DNA of 64,000 bases from NCBI GenBank assembly GCA_963795855.1, contig CAWCIZ010000002.1, forward strand, positions 639,452 to 703,451. Reading direction: 5' to 3'. This document shows, one piece after another, positions 42,055 through 52,715 of the stretch. Position 1 is the first letter of the stretch; each line of letters starts with the position of its first letter. Both the position numbers and the translations under genes were made by a program. The notes under the pieces are model-generated. The model was not told where the DNA came from. It ran no database searches and saw nothing but the letters and a program-made list of their open reading frames with translations. The stretch comes from Vulcanimicrobiota bacterium. Its GTDB lineage: Bacteria; Vulcanimicrobiota; Vulcanimicrobiia; Vulcanimicrobiales; Vulcanimicrobiaceae.

Positions 42055-43521
42055 ATGAGTTTTGAGTCTCTCGGCGGCACGCGCGCTCGACACCGCCGCG
42101 AAGCGCGGGGCGCCGCGTACGCCGACGTGCGGTTCGAAGATCGTCCGCAGCGGAACGCATCGAGGTGCGCAACGGCGTCGTCGCGACGCTTTCCGATGCG
42201 ACCAGCCGCGGATACGGCATTCGCGCGCTGGTTGACGGCGCATGGGGGTTTGCAGCGAGTTCGGATCTTTCAGCGATGCCGGACTCGACCGCGCGGCCGC
42301 CCGCGCCGTCGAAATTGCAAAGCGCTGGCGCCTCGATCGCGCGGCAGCCGTGTCGGCGAGCCGCCGGCGCGCGTACGTCGACTCGTTCAAAACCGCCATG
42401 CAGCGCGATCCGCACGACGTTCCGCTCGGCGAGCGCGTCGAACTGCTGCTCGCCGCGGAAAAAGCGCTTCACGTGTCGCCGCAGAATAACGCGTCGGCCG
42501 CGCGTGGATGGATCTGTGGCGCACGGACAAACACTTCTACAGCACGATCGGCTCCAAGATCGAGCAGAACGATCCGTCAAACCGGCAGCGGCATGCGAAG
42601 CTCATGGCCGTCGGCGAAGGCGACGTGCAAACGCCGGACGTTTCCCGGCGACATCGGCCTATACAAATCCGGCGGCTGGGAAATCATCGAACAGGCGCGT
42701 CTGCGCGAAAACGCGCCGCGCATCGCCGAAGAAGCCGTCGCGCTGCTCACCGCGCCGCAATGTCCGAGCGGCACGATTCGACGTCATCCTGGGCGGATCG
42801 CAAGTCTCGCTGCAAATGCACGAATCCTGCGGCCATCCGGCCGAACTCGATCGCGTCATGGGCTGGGAAGCGAATTTCTCCGGCGTGAGTTTTCTGGAAC
42901 TATCGCAGCTCGGACAAACTGAAATACGGTTCTGACATCGTCACGATCGTCATCGACAACACGATCCCCCAAGGCATGGCAACGGCCGGCTACGACGACG
43001 AAGGCACGAAGAGCAGCGTTTCCGACATCATTCGCGACGGAGTGCTCGTCGGATACGAAATGAGCAACGACACCGCCCGGCGCATCGGCCGCGAGAGCAA
43101 TGCGTGCGTGCGCGCGCAAAGTTGGGAATTCGTTCCGATGATCCGCATGTGCAACCTGAATCTTCTTCCCGGCGACGTGCCGTTCGAGAATCTCTTCGAC
43201 GACGTCAAAGACGGCATCTACATGGAGAGCAACCGCTCGTGGTCGATCGACGACCACCGTCTCAACTTCCAGTTCGGCTGCGAAATCGGTTGGGAAGTCA
43301 AGAACGGCAAGCGCGGTCGCATGCTGAAAAATCCGACGTATGCCGGCATGACGCCGCAGTTCTGGAATTCGTGCGACGCGATCGCCGACGAACGTTCGTG
43401 GGTGGCCTGGGGCACGCCGAACTGCGGCAAGGGCGAACCGATGCAAACCGGCCGAACCGCGCAGTGCGCGTCGCCCGCGCGGTTCCGCGGCGTGCAAGTG
43501 GGAGTCGGATACCGTGGATAG
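42055..43521 (+). CDS. tldD: TldD-family metalloprotease (frameshifted)
   Basis: YADVR, GYGIRAL..GAWGFA, HESCGHPAELDR, YDDEGT, IRMCNL, CGKGEP. Confidence 0.88.
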
Positions 43522-44863
43522 CGGCGAACGCGAAGCGGTCGCGCAACGCGTGCTCGGTATTTTCGAGAGCCGACGAAACCGAAATCATCGTCGCAAGCGC
43601 GTCCGACGAACTCACGCGCTTCACGCACAATATGGTTCACCAAAACGTCGGCGCGGTCGACGTCTCCGTTCGGGTTCGCGCGATTATCGGACAGACGCAC
43701 CGGCGTCGCAACGCACGAACATTTGAGCGACGACTCGCTTCGCGGCGCCGTGTCGCGCGCGATCGAGATCGCGACGCTCGCGCCGGAGGATCCGGCTTGC
43801 CCGCGATGTCCGCGGGCCGCTTCCGCCGAGTCGCCGGAAGGCGCATACGTGAAGCAAACCGCGCAAGCGACGCCGCAGATTGCGCGCGCGCATGTGCGAC
43901 GAAATCTTCCGCATCGCGCAAGATCGCGGGTATTGGTGCGCGGGATACGTCACGACCGAGCACCGGCGGCATTACCGTTTTGAATTCAAGCGGCGCGCGC
44001 GCGTCGTTCGACGGCACCGACAGCGGCGTGAACGTGAAGATGAACGCAGCCGACTCGAGCGGCTTCGCGCGAAGGCTATGACAACGACGTCGCCGCGCTG
44101 GACGCGCATGCGATCGGCGAGCGCTCCGCGCGCAAAGCACAGAGATTCGGCGCATCCGCAAACCGTCGAACCCGGACAGTGGACCGTCATTCTGGAACCG
44201 GCCGCCTTCGGCGAACTCTTCTCGTATCTCGTCGATCATTTTTCCGCGCAGTCTTACGAAGAAGGCTCGTCGTTCCTCGAGCGATGGGCTCGGGACAGAC
44301 AGTACCTCGGCGAGAACGTGACGATCGGCGACGATTACGCGCACCCGCTCAATCCGGGCATGCCGTTCGATTATGAAGGGCAGCCGACGTCAGCGCATTG
44401 TCGCTCGTCGAAGACGGCGTCGCGCGAGAACATCGTCACCGACAGCGTACTACGCCAGCGAAACTCGGAGCGGGAAAACACCGGCCACGCGCTGCCCGCT
44501 CCGAATGCATACGGCCCGCAGGCGCTGCACACGTGGTCATCGCTCCGGGAAGCAAGCCGCTTCAACGAACTCATCTCCGAAACCAAGCGCGGGCTGCTGG
44601 TCACGCGTTTCTGGTACATTCGCACCGTCGATCAAAAAAGGCGATCGTCACCGGAATGACGCGCGACGGCACTTTCCTTATCGAAAACGGCGACCGTGAC
44701 GAGCGGCGTGCGCAACATGCGCTTCAACCAAAGCATCATCGAAGCGCTGCGGCAGCTGCGAGTTCTCAAACGCTCTGCACCGCACCGGCGGCTATTCGTA
44801 TCATTGGTCGTGCCCGCGGCGAAGATCGACGGATTCGCCTTCTCCAGCGGCACGGAGTTTTAG
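43514..44863 (+). CDS. TldE/PmbA-family partner subunit (frameshifted)
   Basis: LTRFTHNMVHQN, VILEPAA, PFDYEG, GLLVTRFWYIR, TGMTRDG; directly after tldD. Confidence 0.82.
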
Positions 44864-45740
44864 CGAAAACGCGATGCCCGCGATCGCTATCGCGGAGCCC
44901 AAAATGAGAATCGGCAGGTAAGGCGCAGACGCTACGACGAGGGCCGGATACGTTTGAACCGCGGCGCTCAACCGCAGATCCCCCAATCGCCTTTTGCACG
45001 TCCGGCGGCGTTATTCCGATGCCGCCCGGCAGCAGCGCGATCGTGCGTGTCGGCGACCGCAAAAAGAACTGCGGGCTTGCCGACGATCGGCGGATCCGTG
45101 TGCAGTTGCGCTGCCTGCTGCGCGGAAAACAGCACCGCCTTGACGTTGCGCTGCGATCGCCGGAACGGAAAACGAATCGAATCGGACGTTCATTCCGGCG
45201 ATGACGGTCTGCTGTTGCATCAGCAGGACCGGTGAAAGAAACGACGCGTTCGTCGGCTGCGTAACCGTCAAGTGGTTTCCGCGCGCATCGGCCGCGTCGA
45301 CGTTCAAAACCGTGCGCGGCCGTTGCCAGAAAATGAAGCCGCCCGTATAGCGGCGGCCGCCGTCCACCCAAGCGGACGAGCGCCCTCGCTGGAATGACGC
45401 GGTTTGCCCTTGGATCGGAAAAACGATCGTTGCGCGCCGCGTCCGCATCGCGCACGCTCGTACCGGGTGCGCCGATCACGGTATGCGTATCGGGGCCCAT
45501 CAGCCCGCTTGCGACGCCCGCGAAAACGAGGATCGCCGCGCCGAACGCGGCAGCGGCGATTGCCGGGAACGCGCGCGAATTGGTCCTGCGGAATCGCGGC
45601 AAATAAGACGCACCCCAAACGAAGAGCGCGACGTTCAGCGCGTTATACCATCCATAGTGATAGACGGCTGCTCCAGGAAACGCGTCCTGAGCAAGCACCA
45701 TTGCCGTCGCGCACGCAAGCAGCACCCAAAATGCCGGCAC
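44801..45740 (-). CDS. Membrane protein, possibly ResB-like cytochrome c biogenesis related (frameshifted)
   Basis: N-terminal TM helices, soluble domain, C-terminal TM; follows a TlpA/ResA-like gene. Family assignment is weak. Confidence 0.5.
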
Positions 45741-45742
45741 CG

Positions 45743-46273
45743 CTATCTGCCGAGCAGCGGCGTGACGGCGGCTACCATCTGCGGATACGACAGCGCGCCG
45801 TCGAACCCGCGAACGACGACGCCTTGCGAGCTCACGACGATCGTCGTCGGCAATCCGAACGCTGCGTACACGCGTCCGTATTGCTGCCTGCGATCGAGCA
45901 GGATCGGATAGTGTATGCCGAGCGATTGCGCGAAGGCGCCGACGCGCTCGGCGGACTCCCCTTGATCAACGCCGAGCACGACGAGGTTACGAACCTTGTA
46001 TGTCTGGTACAGGCGCTGCAGATCCGGCATTTCGGCGCGGCAAGGCGGGCACCACGACGCCCACAGATTCATGACGACGACGCGGCCGCGATATGCGCCG
46101 AGCGCGGAGGTACTGCCATTGAGCGCGGGCACCGGAAAACTCGGAGCTGGCGCTCCTTGGAGCGCTGCGGGGCCGGAGCCTTGCGGCGAGCCGCCGCGAA
46201 AATACACGCCCAGCACGACGGCGACGATGACCGCTCCGGCAATCCAGTACAGCCAGTTCGCGCTCTGCCTCAT
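45743..46273 (-). CDS. TlpA/ResA-like thiol-disulfide oxidoreductase
   Basis: N-terminal anchor; NLWASWCPPCRAEMP; GLPTT. Confidence 0.92.
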   Translation of the reverse strand: MRQSANWLYWIAGAVIVAVVLGVYFRGGSPQGSGPAALQGAPAPSFPVPALNGSTSALGAYRGRVVVMNLWASWCPPCRAEMPDLQRLYQTYKVRNLVVLGVDQGESAERVGAFAQSLGIHYPILLDRRQQYGRVYAAFGLPTTIVVSSQGVVVRGFDGALSYPQMVAAVTPLLGR

Positions 46274-46309
46274 CGCTCTACCTTGGCACAGGCATCGGCG
46301 CGGCCGCTA

Positions 46310-46592
46310 CTACCAATCGCCCATTCTATCCGGATCGACTTCACCTTCGAATGCGACCATCCCGGGCGGCATGATCGCCGCACTGACCCGAACGCCGTCG
46401 AAAGAGGAGCTCGCGGCGGTGCGCGTCGCCGGCCCTCGCGAACAACTGACAATAGCGGTCCAGAACGTCGGGACTGCATAGGACGAGCGTCGGATGCACT
46501 TGATACATCTGCTGAAAGCTGCGAAACGCGCGCTCGAAATCCGCCGAGCTGAAATGCCGGCCCACCAATATTTCTCGCCGCACGTGCTCCAG
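46310..46592 (-). CDS. Small hypothetical protein (about 93 aa, one frameshift near 46400)
   Basis: AAGGAGG, 8 nt, then CTG; EHVRREILVGRHF...AFEGEVDPDRMGDW. Confidence 0.65.
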
Positions 46593-46614
46593 GGGTGCTT
46601 CCTCCTTCAGACGA

Positions 46615-47484
46615 ATGCGCGATGCCGTGCCGGCACGCCTATTGGACGGTCGCGCAGTCGCAGCCGAACTGCGCTCCGAACTGCTCGCTCGCAGTATTGC
46701 GCTTCGCGATGAAGGGATCCATCCCCGGCTCGTCATCACCTTGGTCGGCGAAAACGAATCGTCGCTCGCGTACGTGCGAAACTTGGTGAAGACCGGCGAA
46801 CGCGTCGGCATCGCCGTCCATGTCGACGAATTGCCGGAAACGGCGACCGCGTCGTCAATTCGAGAACGCTTGAAACGGCTGCGCGATGACGCGAGCGTGC
46901 ACGGCGTGATGCTGCAGCAACCGCTTCCACCGCATCTTTCCATCCGCACCATCGCGGACGCGATTCCGCGTCATAAGGACGTCGATGGAACGCACCCGAC
47001 CAATCAGGGTCATCTGGCGTTCGGGAGCGGTGCGGAATTCGTACCGGCGACGCCCGCCGCAGTGATGCTGCTGCTCGAACGCAGTCCGCATTGGCCGCTC
47101 GCCGGAAAAAGGGCGGTGATGATCGGCCGCTCGGTGGTCGTGGGCGCTCCCGTCGCAATGCTGATGCTCACGCAAGACGCAACCGTTACCGTGCTGCACA
47201 AGGAATCGGCCAGTCTTCAGCCCTTCGTACGCATGGCGGACGTCGTCGTCGTTGCAACGGGCGTTCCCGGACTGCTCGGCGGCGCGGATATCGCTGCCGG
47301 CGCGACCGTAATCGACGTCGGCACGACGGTTGTCGACGGCGCGCTAAAAGGCGACGTCGATTTCGAATCGGCCGTTCAGGTCGCGGGCGCGATCACGCCC
47401 GTGCCGGGCGGCGTAGGACCCGTAACCAACGTCGCGTTGCTGCGAAACGTGATCAAAGCCGCGACGAATCTCACCCTATCCTGA
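46615..47484 (+). CDS. folD: Methylenetetrahydrofolate dehydrogenase/cyclohydrolase
   Basis: LLDG, QQPLP, KDVDG, PATP, IGRS, IDVG, ITPVPGGVGPVT. Confidence 0.95.
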   Translation: MRDAVPARLLDGRAVAAELRSELLARSIALRDEGIHPRLVITLVGENESSLAYVRNLVKTGERVGIAVHVDELPETATASSIRERLKRLRDDASVHGVMLQQPLPPHLSIRTIADAIPRHKDVDGTHPTNQGHLAFGSGAEFVPATPAAVMLLLERSPHWPLAGKRAVMIGRSVVVGAPVAMLMLTQDATVTVLHKESASLQPFVRMADVVVVATGVPGLLGGADIAAGATVIDVGTTVVDGALKGDVDFESAVQVAGAITPVPGGVGPVTNVALLRNVIKAATNLTLS

Positions 47485-47959
47485 TCCCGAAGTCGTGGAA
47501 CTCGCCGTTGTAGTAGCCCAGCGGCGAACCCGGCCGCGCTTTCACGGAAAGCACGCGTCCGATGAAGATGCTGTGCGAACCGGCATGGTGCTCCTGCGCA
47601 ACCTCGCAATCCAAATGCGCGACGCTGCCGCGCAGCACGGCCGCTCCCGTTACGTCGACGTCGTACTCGACTCCCTCGAATTGGCGCTCGCGAAGCTTTC
47701 CCGCGAACCGTTCGGCGAGATCGCGTTGATCGCCGGCGAGGATATTCACGCAAAACACTTTCGAAGTCGAAATGTACAGATAACTGCGCGCCTCGCGGTT
47801 GATGCAGATGAGGATGAGCGGCGGATCCACCGAAACGCTGGCGAACGCACTGACCGTCACGCCGCGCGGTTCCTTTTCGCGCATGCTGGTCACCACGGTA
47901 ACGCCCGTCGGGAAGTGACGCATCACCGCCTTGAAGTCGGCGGGTGAAGGGCCGTTCAC
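47471..47959 (-). CDS. Flavin reductase-like protein
   Basis: FPTGVTVVT, SVSVDPPL, FCVNIL, AGSHSIFIG, PLGYYNG. Confidence 0.92.
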   Translation of the reverse strand: MNGPSPADFKAVMRHFPTGVTVVTSMREKEPRGVTVSAFASVSVDPPLILICINREARSYLYISTSKVFCVNILAGDQRDLAERFAGKLRERQFEGVEYDVDVTGAAVLRGSVAHLDCEVAQEHHAGSHSIFIGRVLSVKARPGSPLGYYNGEFHDFGIRIG

Positions 47960-48543
47960 CGCTTTCGCGCGCCCAGCCCCAGGCCGCTTCCGAGCGGGAG
48001 AATGGTGGCGTCGAGATCGGGGTGGCGCAAAAACGCGCGATTGAACCGATCGGTTCGATCGTTTTGCAGCAGGCCGTTGAAAATGATGAGCCCCGAGAGC
48101 TTCAGCAGCGGAATGCAGTGCTCCATGTACGCTTCATAGTCGGTTTTGGGCGCGTCGACGAATACGATGTCCATATTGCGCTGCGGAAACACGCCGAGCA
48201 CTTCGAGCGCCGGCTGATTGACGATTTCGATGTAATCCGCTTCACCGGCCCGGCGAAAATATCCGAGCGCGACTTCAGTGCGTTCGACGTCGGGATCGAA
48301 GGTCCAAATCTTGCCCATCGGCGGCTGAGACAACGCCATCCACAACGTAGCGTAACCGTACGCGGTTCCGATTTCGAGAATGCGGTTTGCCTGCATTGCG
48401 TGCACGATCGTCGAGAGCAGTCGTCCGACCGCGCGGGAAACGCGCGAGATTTCTTCTTTGCGCCCGAACTGCTCGAGTTCGAGCAGCAGCGGATGAGGCT
48501 CCGGATGCGCCGCCTCCAAATAGCGGGGGACGTCGTCGTACAT
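47956..48543 (-). CDS. O-methyltransferase (class I SAM-dependent)
   Basis: ILEIGTAYGYA, DIVFVDA. Confidence 0.88.
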   Translation of the reverse strand: MYDDVPRYLEAAHPEPHPLLLELEQFGRKEEISRVSRAVGRLLSTIVHAMQANRILEIGTAYGYATLWMALSQPPMGKIWTFDPDVERTEVALGYFRRAGEADYIEIVNQPALEVLGVFPQRNMDIVFVDAPKTDYEAYMEHCIPLLKLSGLIIFNGLLQNDRTDRFNRAFLRHPDLDATILPLGSGLGLGARKR

Positions 48544-48559
48544 CGGCGTTCCTGTTTGT

Positions 48560-49021
48560 TTACAGACCGACGATTCCTTGATGCGAGTAGCCGAACGCCA
48601 TGAAGAACAGCAGCGGCACGGAAAGTATCGTATTCACACGCGCCCAAGCGAGTGCGGATGAAACGTTCGTCGTGCGCATCGGTCCTAGCGTAACGGCGAG
48701 CATGATGGTGCCGATCCACGCGCCGATGCCGATCGGTGCATACATCCCGCGAAGCAGAAATGCGTCCACGAAGCCGTCGTGACCCGGTATCGACAGCGTG
48801 CTCAGCAAGCCGCATCCGAGCAGCCACGCAACCGTCGCCGAAACGCGCAGCATGTGACCGAGGCGCGTCGCGATGAAATTGTCCAAGATCGCGGTGCTTC
48901 CGCTGGCTGCGGCGGCGAGCCGGGCGCGCGCGTACACGAAATCGGCGTAGTACTGCAGACCCAGCCATGCGATGGCGGCGAGGTCGTGAAACCAGCGCAA
49001 CAGCGCCGCCGGCCAATCCAT
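48560..49021 (-). CDS. Four-helix membrane protein, PuuD/Urate_ox_N-like
   Basis: LRWFH..AAIAWLG..YY, IGIGAWIGTIM, ARVNTILSVPLLFFM. Confidence 0.7.
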   Translation of the reverse strand: MDWPAALLRWFHDLAAIAWLGLQYYADFVYARARLAAAASGSTAILDNFIATRLGHMLRVSATVAWLLGCGLLSTLSIPGHDGFVDAFLLRGMYAPIGIGAWIGTIMLAVTLGPMRTTNVSSALAWARVNTILSVPLLFFMAFGYSHQGIVGL

Positions 49022-49022
49022 G

Positions 49023-49130
49023 CTAGGCGATCCCGTGCGGGATGAGGCGCGAGGCCAGCAGGTACAGCGCCACCGTAAGCGCCACGCCCGCGGCGAGGGC
49101 GGTCCAAGGTGAAATCAGTCCATGCTTCAT
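49023..49130 (-). CDS. 35-aa single-TM small protein
   Basis: GAGGGG SD; MKHGLISPWTALAAGVALTVALYLLA; stop 1 nt before the next ATG. Confidence 0.65.
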   Translation of the reverse strand: MKHGLISPWTALAAGVALTVALYLLASRLIPHGIA

Positions 49131-49197
49131 AGCAACCTTCCCCTCGCACGCTTTTGCGGCAGGCGCGATTCCCCCTCCGGCTGAATGGCCGCATCCC

Positions 49198-49911
49198 ATG
49201 TCTGCGCGACTGCGGCTGTTCCCGCTCAACGCGGTGCTCTTTCCGGGCGCAGTGCTCAGCCTGCACGTGTTCGAACCGCGCTATAAACAGATGATCGGCG
49301 AATGTCTCGAATCAGGTGAGGGGTTCGGCGTCGTGCTCATTCGCGAGGGGAAGGAGGCCGGCGATCCTAGCGTCGAGCCGCATCAGGTGGGGTGCATCGC
49401 CGAGATCGTCGACATCACCCGGCTCCCGTTCGGGCGTTTTTACCTCTCGACGATCGGGCGCAGGCGCTTTCGCATCCGCAACGTCGTCACGCGCGATCCC
49501 TATCTCACGGTAGACATCGACATGCTGCCCGACCCGCCCGACAACCAGTCGGAACTGGCGTCGCTGGAAGTGCGCGTCCGCGAAACGTTTCTTCAATACC
49601 TCGAGCTGCTCGCCGAGTTCACCGGCGAAATGCCGAACGTCGATTTACCGACGGAACCGAAGGGCGTCTCGTACGCGATCGCCGATGCGCTTCAGGTCGC
49701 CGACGCCGTCAAACAGCGCCTGCTCGAAGTCGAAAGCACGAAAGCGCGCCTGACGATGGAACTCCGTTTCCTGCGCCGCGTCCTTCCGCAAATGCGCAAA
49801 TTGATCGAGCGGCGGGCGGCGGAACTGCAAGCCAAATCCGAACGCGGGGAAGACGAACCTCACCGCACCGAGCAGTCGAAATACTTCGGCAAGTATTTCA
49901 GCATGAACTAG
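49198..49911 (+). CDS. LON substrate-binding domain protein (no ATPase/protease)
   Basis: LFPLNAVLFPG, LHVFEPRY, FGVVLI, GRRRFRI, KQRLLE. Confidence 0.9.
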   Translation: MSARLRLFPLNAVLFPGAVLSLHVFEPRYKQMIGECLESGEGFGVVLIREGKEAGDPSVEPHQVGCIAEIVDITRLPFGRFYLSTIGRRRFRIRNVVTRDPYLTVDIDMLPDPPDNQSELASLEVRVRETFLQYLELLAEFTGEMPNVDLPTEPKGVSYAIADALQVADAVKQRLLEVESTKARLTMELRFLRRVLPQMRKLIERRAAELQAKSERGEDEPHRTEQSKYFGKYFSMN

Positions 49912-49942
49912 GATACGCGAGTGTACGAGGCGTGCAGGCGCC

Positions 49943-50016
49943 GGATGCTCCGCCCGCAAGATGCTCGAAAACCGCCATGGAGGGCGGTTTTTGAACATCT
50001 TCCGGCCGGAGCACCC
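49943..50016. terminator. Long imperfect palindrome with a bidirectional terminator-like core
   Basis: TGCTCCG/CGGAGCA, AAGATG/CATCTT, AAAACCGCC/GGCGGTTTT between convergent genes. Confidence 0.7.
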
Positions 50017-50039
50017 GCCCGCTCATCCCTTATTTAGAC

Positions 50040-50582
50040 CTAACGCGGTAAGAACTGCTCGGGATCGACCGGCGTGTCGTTGACGCGAACTTCGAAGTGC
50101 AGATGCGGGCCGGTGGAGCGGCCCGTCGAACCGACGGCACCAATCGTTTCGCCTGGCGCGACGGCGTCGCCGACGCGCGCGAAAATCTGCGAGCAGTGCG
50201 CGTAGCGCGTCGTGACGCCGTTGCCGTTGTCGACGACGATCAGGTTGCCGTACCCGGCGTCGGGTCCGGCTGAGATGACGCGGCCGGCCGCGGCAGCTGC
50301 GATCGGCGCGCCTTCGTCGGCGGCGATATCGAGCCCGGGATGAAAGTCGTCGCCCGCGCCCAGCGGATTCTTGCGCTCGCCGAACGGCGAGGTGATGGTG
50401 CCTGCAACGGGCCACTCCATCGGCGCCGCACCGGCGGGCGGCGTTGCGGCCGATTGCGGTGTAAAGACGCCGTTGACCAGCGCTGCGAAGGCGGCTCCGG
50501 CGACGGGCGGTGCAACGACGGAACCGCCCGTAATCTGAGCGATCCGCGCCTGCACTTGGGCGAGGTCGAGTTGAATGTCCAC
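50040..50582 (-). CDS. M23-family peptidoglycan metallopeptidase
   Basis: HPGLD, YGN, YAH, STGPHLHFE; GAGGAG before GTG 50582. Confidence 0.92.
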   Translation of the reverse strand: MDIQLDLAQVQARIAQITGGSVVAPPVAGAAFAALVNGVFTPQSAATPPAGAAPMEWPVAGTITSPFGERKNPLGAGDDFHPGLDIAADEGAPIAAAAAGRVISAGPDAGYGNLIVVDNGNGVTTRYAHCSQIFARVGDAVAPGETIGAVGSTGRSTGPHLHFEVRVNDTPVDPEQFLPR

Positions 50583-50633
50583 CTCTCCTCGGTATCGGCA
50601 GGCGCCGCCGCAAGTTCCAGCATAGGGAGGCGG

Positions 50634-51269
50634 GTGATCATCGAGACGTTCGCGGTCGGGCCGCTGGGCTGCAACTGCACCATTCTTTCCGATTCCCGTT
50701 CCGGCGAGGCGGTCGTGGTCGACGGAGGCGACGGCGTCGAGGAAGTGCTGCGCCGATTGCAATCGGGCAATTTGCGCGCACGGTATTTACTGCACACGCA
50801 CGCGCACATCGATCACATCGGCGACGTCGGCACGTTGCGCGAACGCGCGGGCGGCCAGGCCTTACTCCATCCGGCAGATCTGCCGCTCTATCGCGCGCTG
50901 GAATTGCAAGCACAGTGGATCGGTTCCGCCCAGACTCCGCGAATCGTCGATCTGGACGGCGACTTGCGCGACGGCGACGCGATTACGCTCGGCGATGCGC
51001 GCATCGATGTACTCCACACGCCGGGCCATACGCCGGGCAGCGTCTGCTTTGCGATCCGAAACGAAAGCGAAGCCACCATACTTTCCGGCGACACGCTGTT
51101 CGCCGGATCGATCGGTCGATGGGACTTGGGTGGAACGTCGATGGAGGACATCGTCGCAAGCATTCACGCCAAGTTGCTCGACTACGACGATTCGACCGCG
51201 GTCATTCCGGGACACGGCCCATTCACCACCATCGGAATCGAACGAAACTCGAATCCGTATCTGCAGTAG
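50634..51269 (+). CDS. MBL-fold metallo-hydrolase (glyoxalase II-like)
   Basis: HTHAHIDH, HTPGH, SGDTLF, PGHG. Confidence 0.92.
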   Translation: MIIETFAVGPLGCNCTILSDSRSGEAVVVDGGDGVEEVLRRLQSGNLRARYLLHTHAHIDHIGDVGTLRERAGGQALLHPADLPLYRALELQAQWIGSAQTPRIVDLDGDLRDGDAITLGDARIDVLHTPGHTPGSVCFAIRNESEATILSGDTLFAGSIGRWDLGGTSMEDIVASIHAKLLDYDDSTAVIPGHGPFTTIGIERNSNPYLQ

Positions 51270-51270
51270 C

Positions 51271-51825
51271 ATGGCGTACCGGCCGAAGTTCTTCGCGGGG
51301 ATCGAATTGGACGAACGGGTGCGCGCGCAATGCGCGGCAGTTTCGGAAAGACTCACCGCGCACGGATTCGACGCGCGTTTCGAAGCGGCCGAGAAGCTGC
51401 ACATCACGCTTGCGTTTCTGGGATGGGTCGATGTCGAACAGACCTTGCCGATTCGCAGCGCGCTCGAGCGCGCCGCCGGCGCCGCGGCGCCGTTCACGCT
51501 CACGCTCGACAAAATCGGCGCATTTCCAAACGAACGACGGCCTCGCATCGTATGGATCGGATCGCGCGATCAAGGGGCGCCGTTTCGGCGTGCCGCGCGT
51601 GCCGCGCGCGCATCGTTCGAACTGCTCGGTTTCACGTTCGACAAGGATGCGGTCGCGCACGTGACGATCGCGCGGGTGAAGGGCGGTAACGCGCACCTGC
51701 CGGTGCTCGACGTCGCGCCGATGCATCTGCACGTCACGGGTATCGCGCTCTTCGAATCGCTGCCGGCGGGGCGAACGACACGGTACGAGGTGCGCCATCG
51801 CGCAGCGCTGAATCCGAATGCATGA
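51271..51825 (+). CDS. thpR: RNA 2',3'-cyclic phosphodiesterase (2H family)
   Basis: HITLAFLG and HVTIAR motifs; FPNERRPRIVW. Confidence 0.88.
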   Translation: MAYRPKFFAGIELDERVRAQCAAVSERLTAHGFDARFEAAEKLHITLAFLGWVDVEQTLPIRSALERAAGAAAPFTLTLDKIGAFPNERRPRIVWIGSRDQGAPFRRAARAARASFELLGFTFDKDAVAHVTIARVKGGNAHLPVLDVAPMHLHVTGIALFESLPAGRTTRYEVRHRAALNPNA

Positions 51826-52715
51826 ACCGGGTGTTTATCGCTGTCCTGATAACGGCGGGATTTTTCTTATACGCGCATCGACCGGCCTCGGCGATGGTGG
51901 AATTCTGCCCCGCAACGCTCGCGTACGCGCGCGTCGGCCCGGACTCACAATCGCATAACCCGGGTCAACTCTACGGGTTCGACCTCACGGCATTAAGCCC
52001 GCGGACCATCTCTTCGGCGCGGCTTGCGTTCGATACGAGCGGCGGATGGTATACCGTCGACCTTCCTCCGATGACGCTCGCTGAAAAAGACCGGCACCTT
52101 TCGGCGTCCTGGGTTTCCTTCACGCACCGCGACTTCGTTACGCCGGTCTCGTACGTGCGATTTCCGCAACCGGTGACGATCGCGCACGCTTGGGTGTCTC
52201 AAGCTGCGGCCCAAAATGACGGCGGCTTCGGATGGCAGGCTTTAGGCAGCGTTTTGTGCGACCCGCCCGCCGCGGATTCGCCGGCGCAAGCGAAGCTGTC
52301 CGACCAGCGGCAATGGAACAGTCCGTACAAGCTCGATCCGAAGGACGACGATCGCCTGTCCTCGCCGCCGCCCAAATCCGCATTTCTTTTCGCCGCGACC
52401 GCGGTCAAGGCGCTGGAAACGACGGATTGCGCAGAGCCCTTCCGTCAAGCCGAAGCGAAACACATAGCGCAGCCCACGTTTCCTGAGAGCATGCGGTATG
52501 CGGCGGCGACTCGATCGACGACGTCCGTCGAAGTGGCCATCGAAGCGAACGGAACCCTGCAGGATGCGTGGGTGTGGGGACCGTCGGGCGCGCAGGCGTT
52601 CGACGATGAGAGTTTGCGCGCTGCACGCGAGTCAACGTACACGGGCGCACGAGCCTATTGCCGCGCCGTGCCCGGACGATACTTTTTTCGGGTGACGTTC
52701 GCGCCGAACGGCTAG
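51822..52715 (+). CDS. Secreted protein with C-terminal TonB-C-like domain
   Basis: Signal peptide; PTFPE..., VEVAIEANG, PSGAQAFDDESLRAA, YFFRVTF. Confidence 0.65.
   Translation: MNRVFIAVLITAGFFLYAHRPASAMVEFCPATLAYARVGPDSQSHNPGQLYGFDLTALSPRTISSARLAFDTSGGWYTVDLPPMTLAEKDRHLSASWVSFTHRDFVTPVSYVRFPQPVTIAHAWVSQAAAQNDGGFGWQALGSVLCDPPAADSPAQAKLSDQRQWNSPYKLDPKDDDRLSSPPPKSAFLFAATAVKALETTDCAEPFRQAEAKHIAQPTFPESMRYAAATRSTTSVEVAIEANGTLQDAWVWGPSGAQAFDDESLRAARESTYTGARAYCRAVPGRYFFRVTFAPNG

Noticed and set aside
42055..44863. tldD/tldE as part of a RiPP (microcin-like) cluster
   Set aside because: No YcaO, precursor peptide or other modification enzymes nearby; TldDE pairs are widespread.
27290..46420. Programmed frameshifting or mass pseudogenisation
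   Set aside because: Indels are scattered, lack consistent slippery sites and leave motifs intact; assembly error is simpler.
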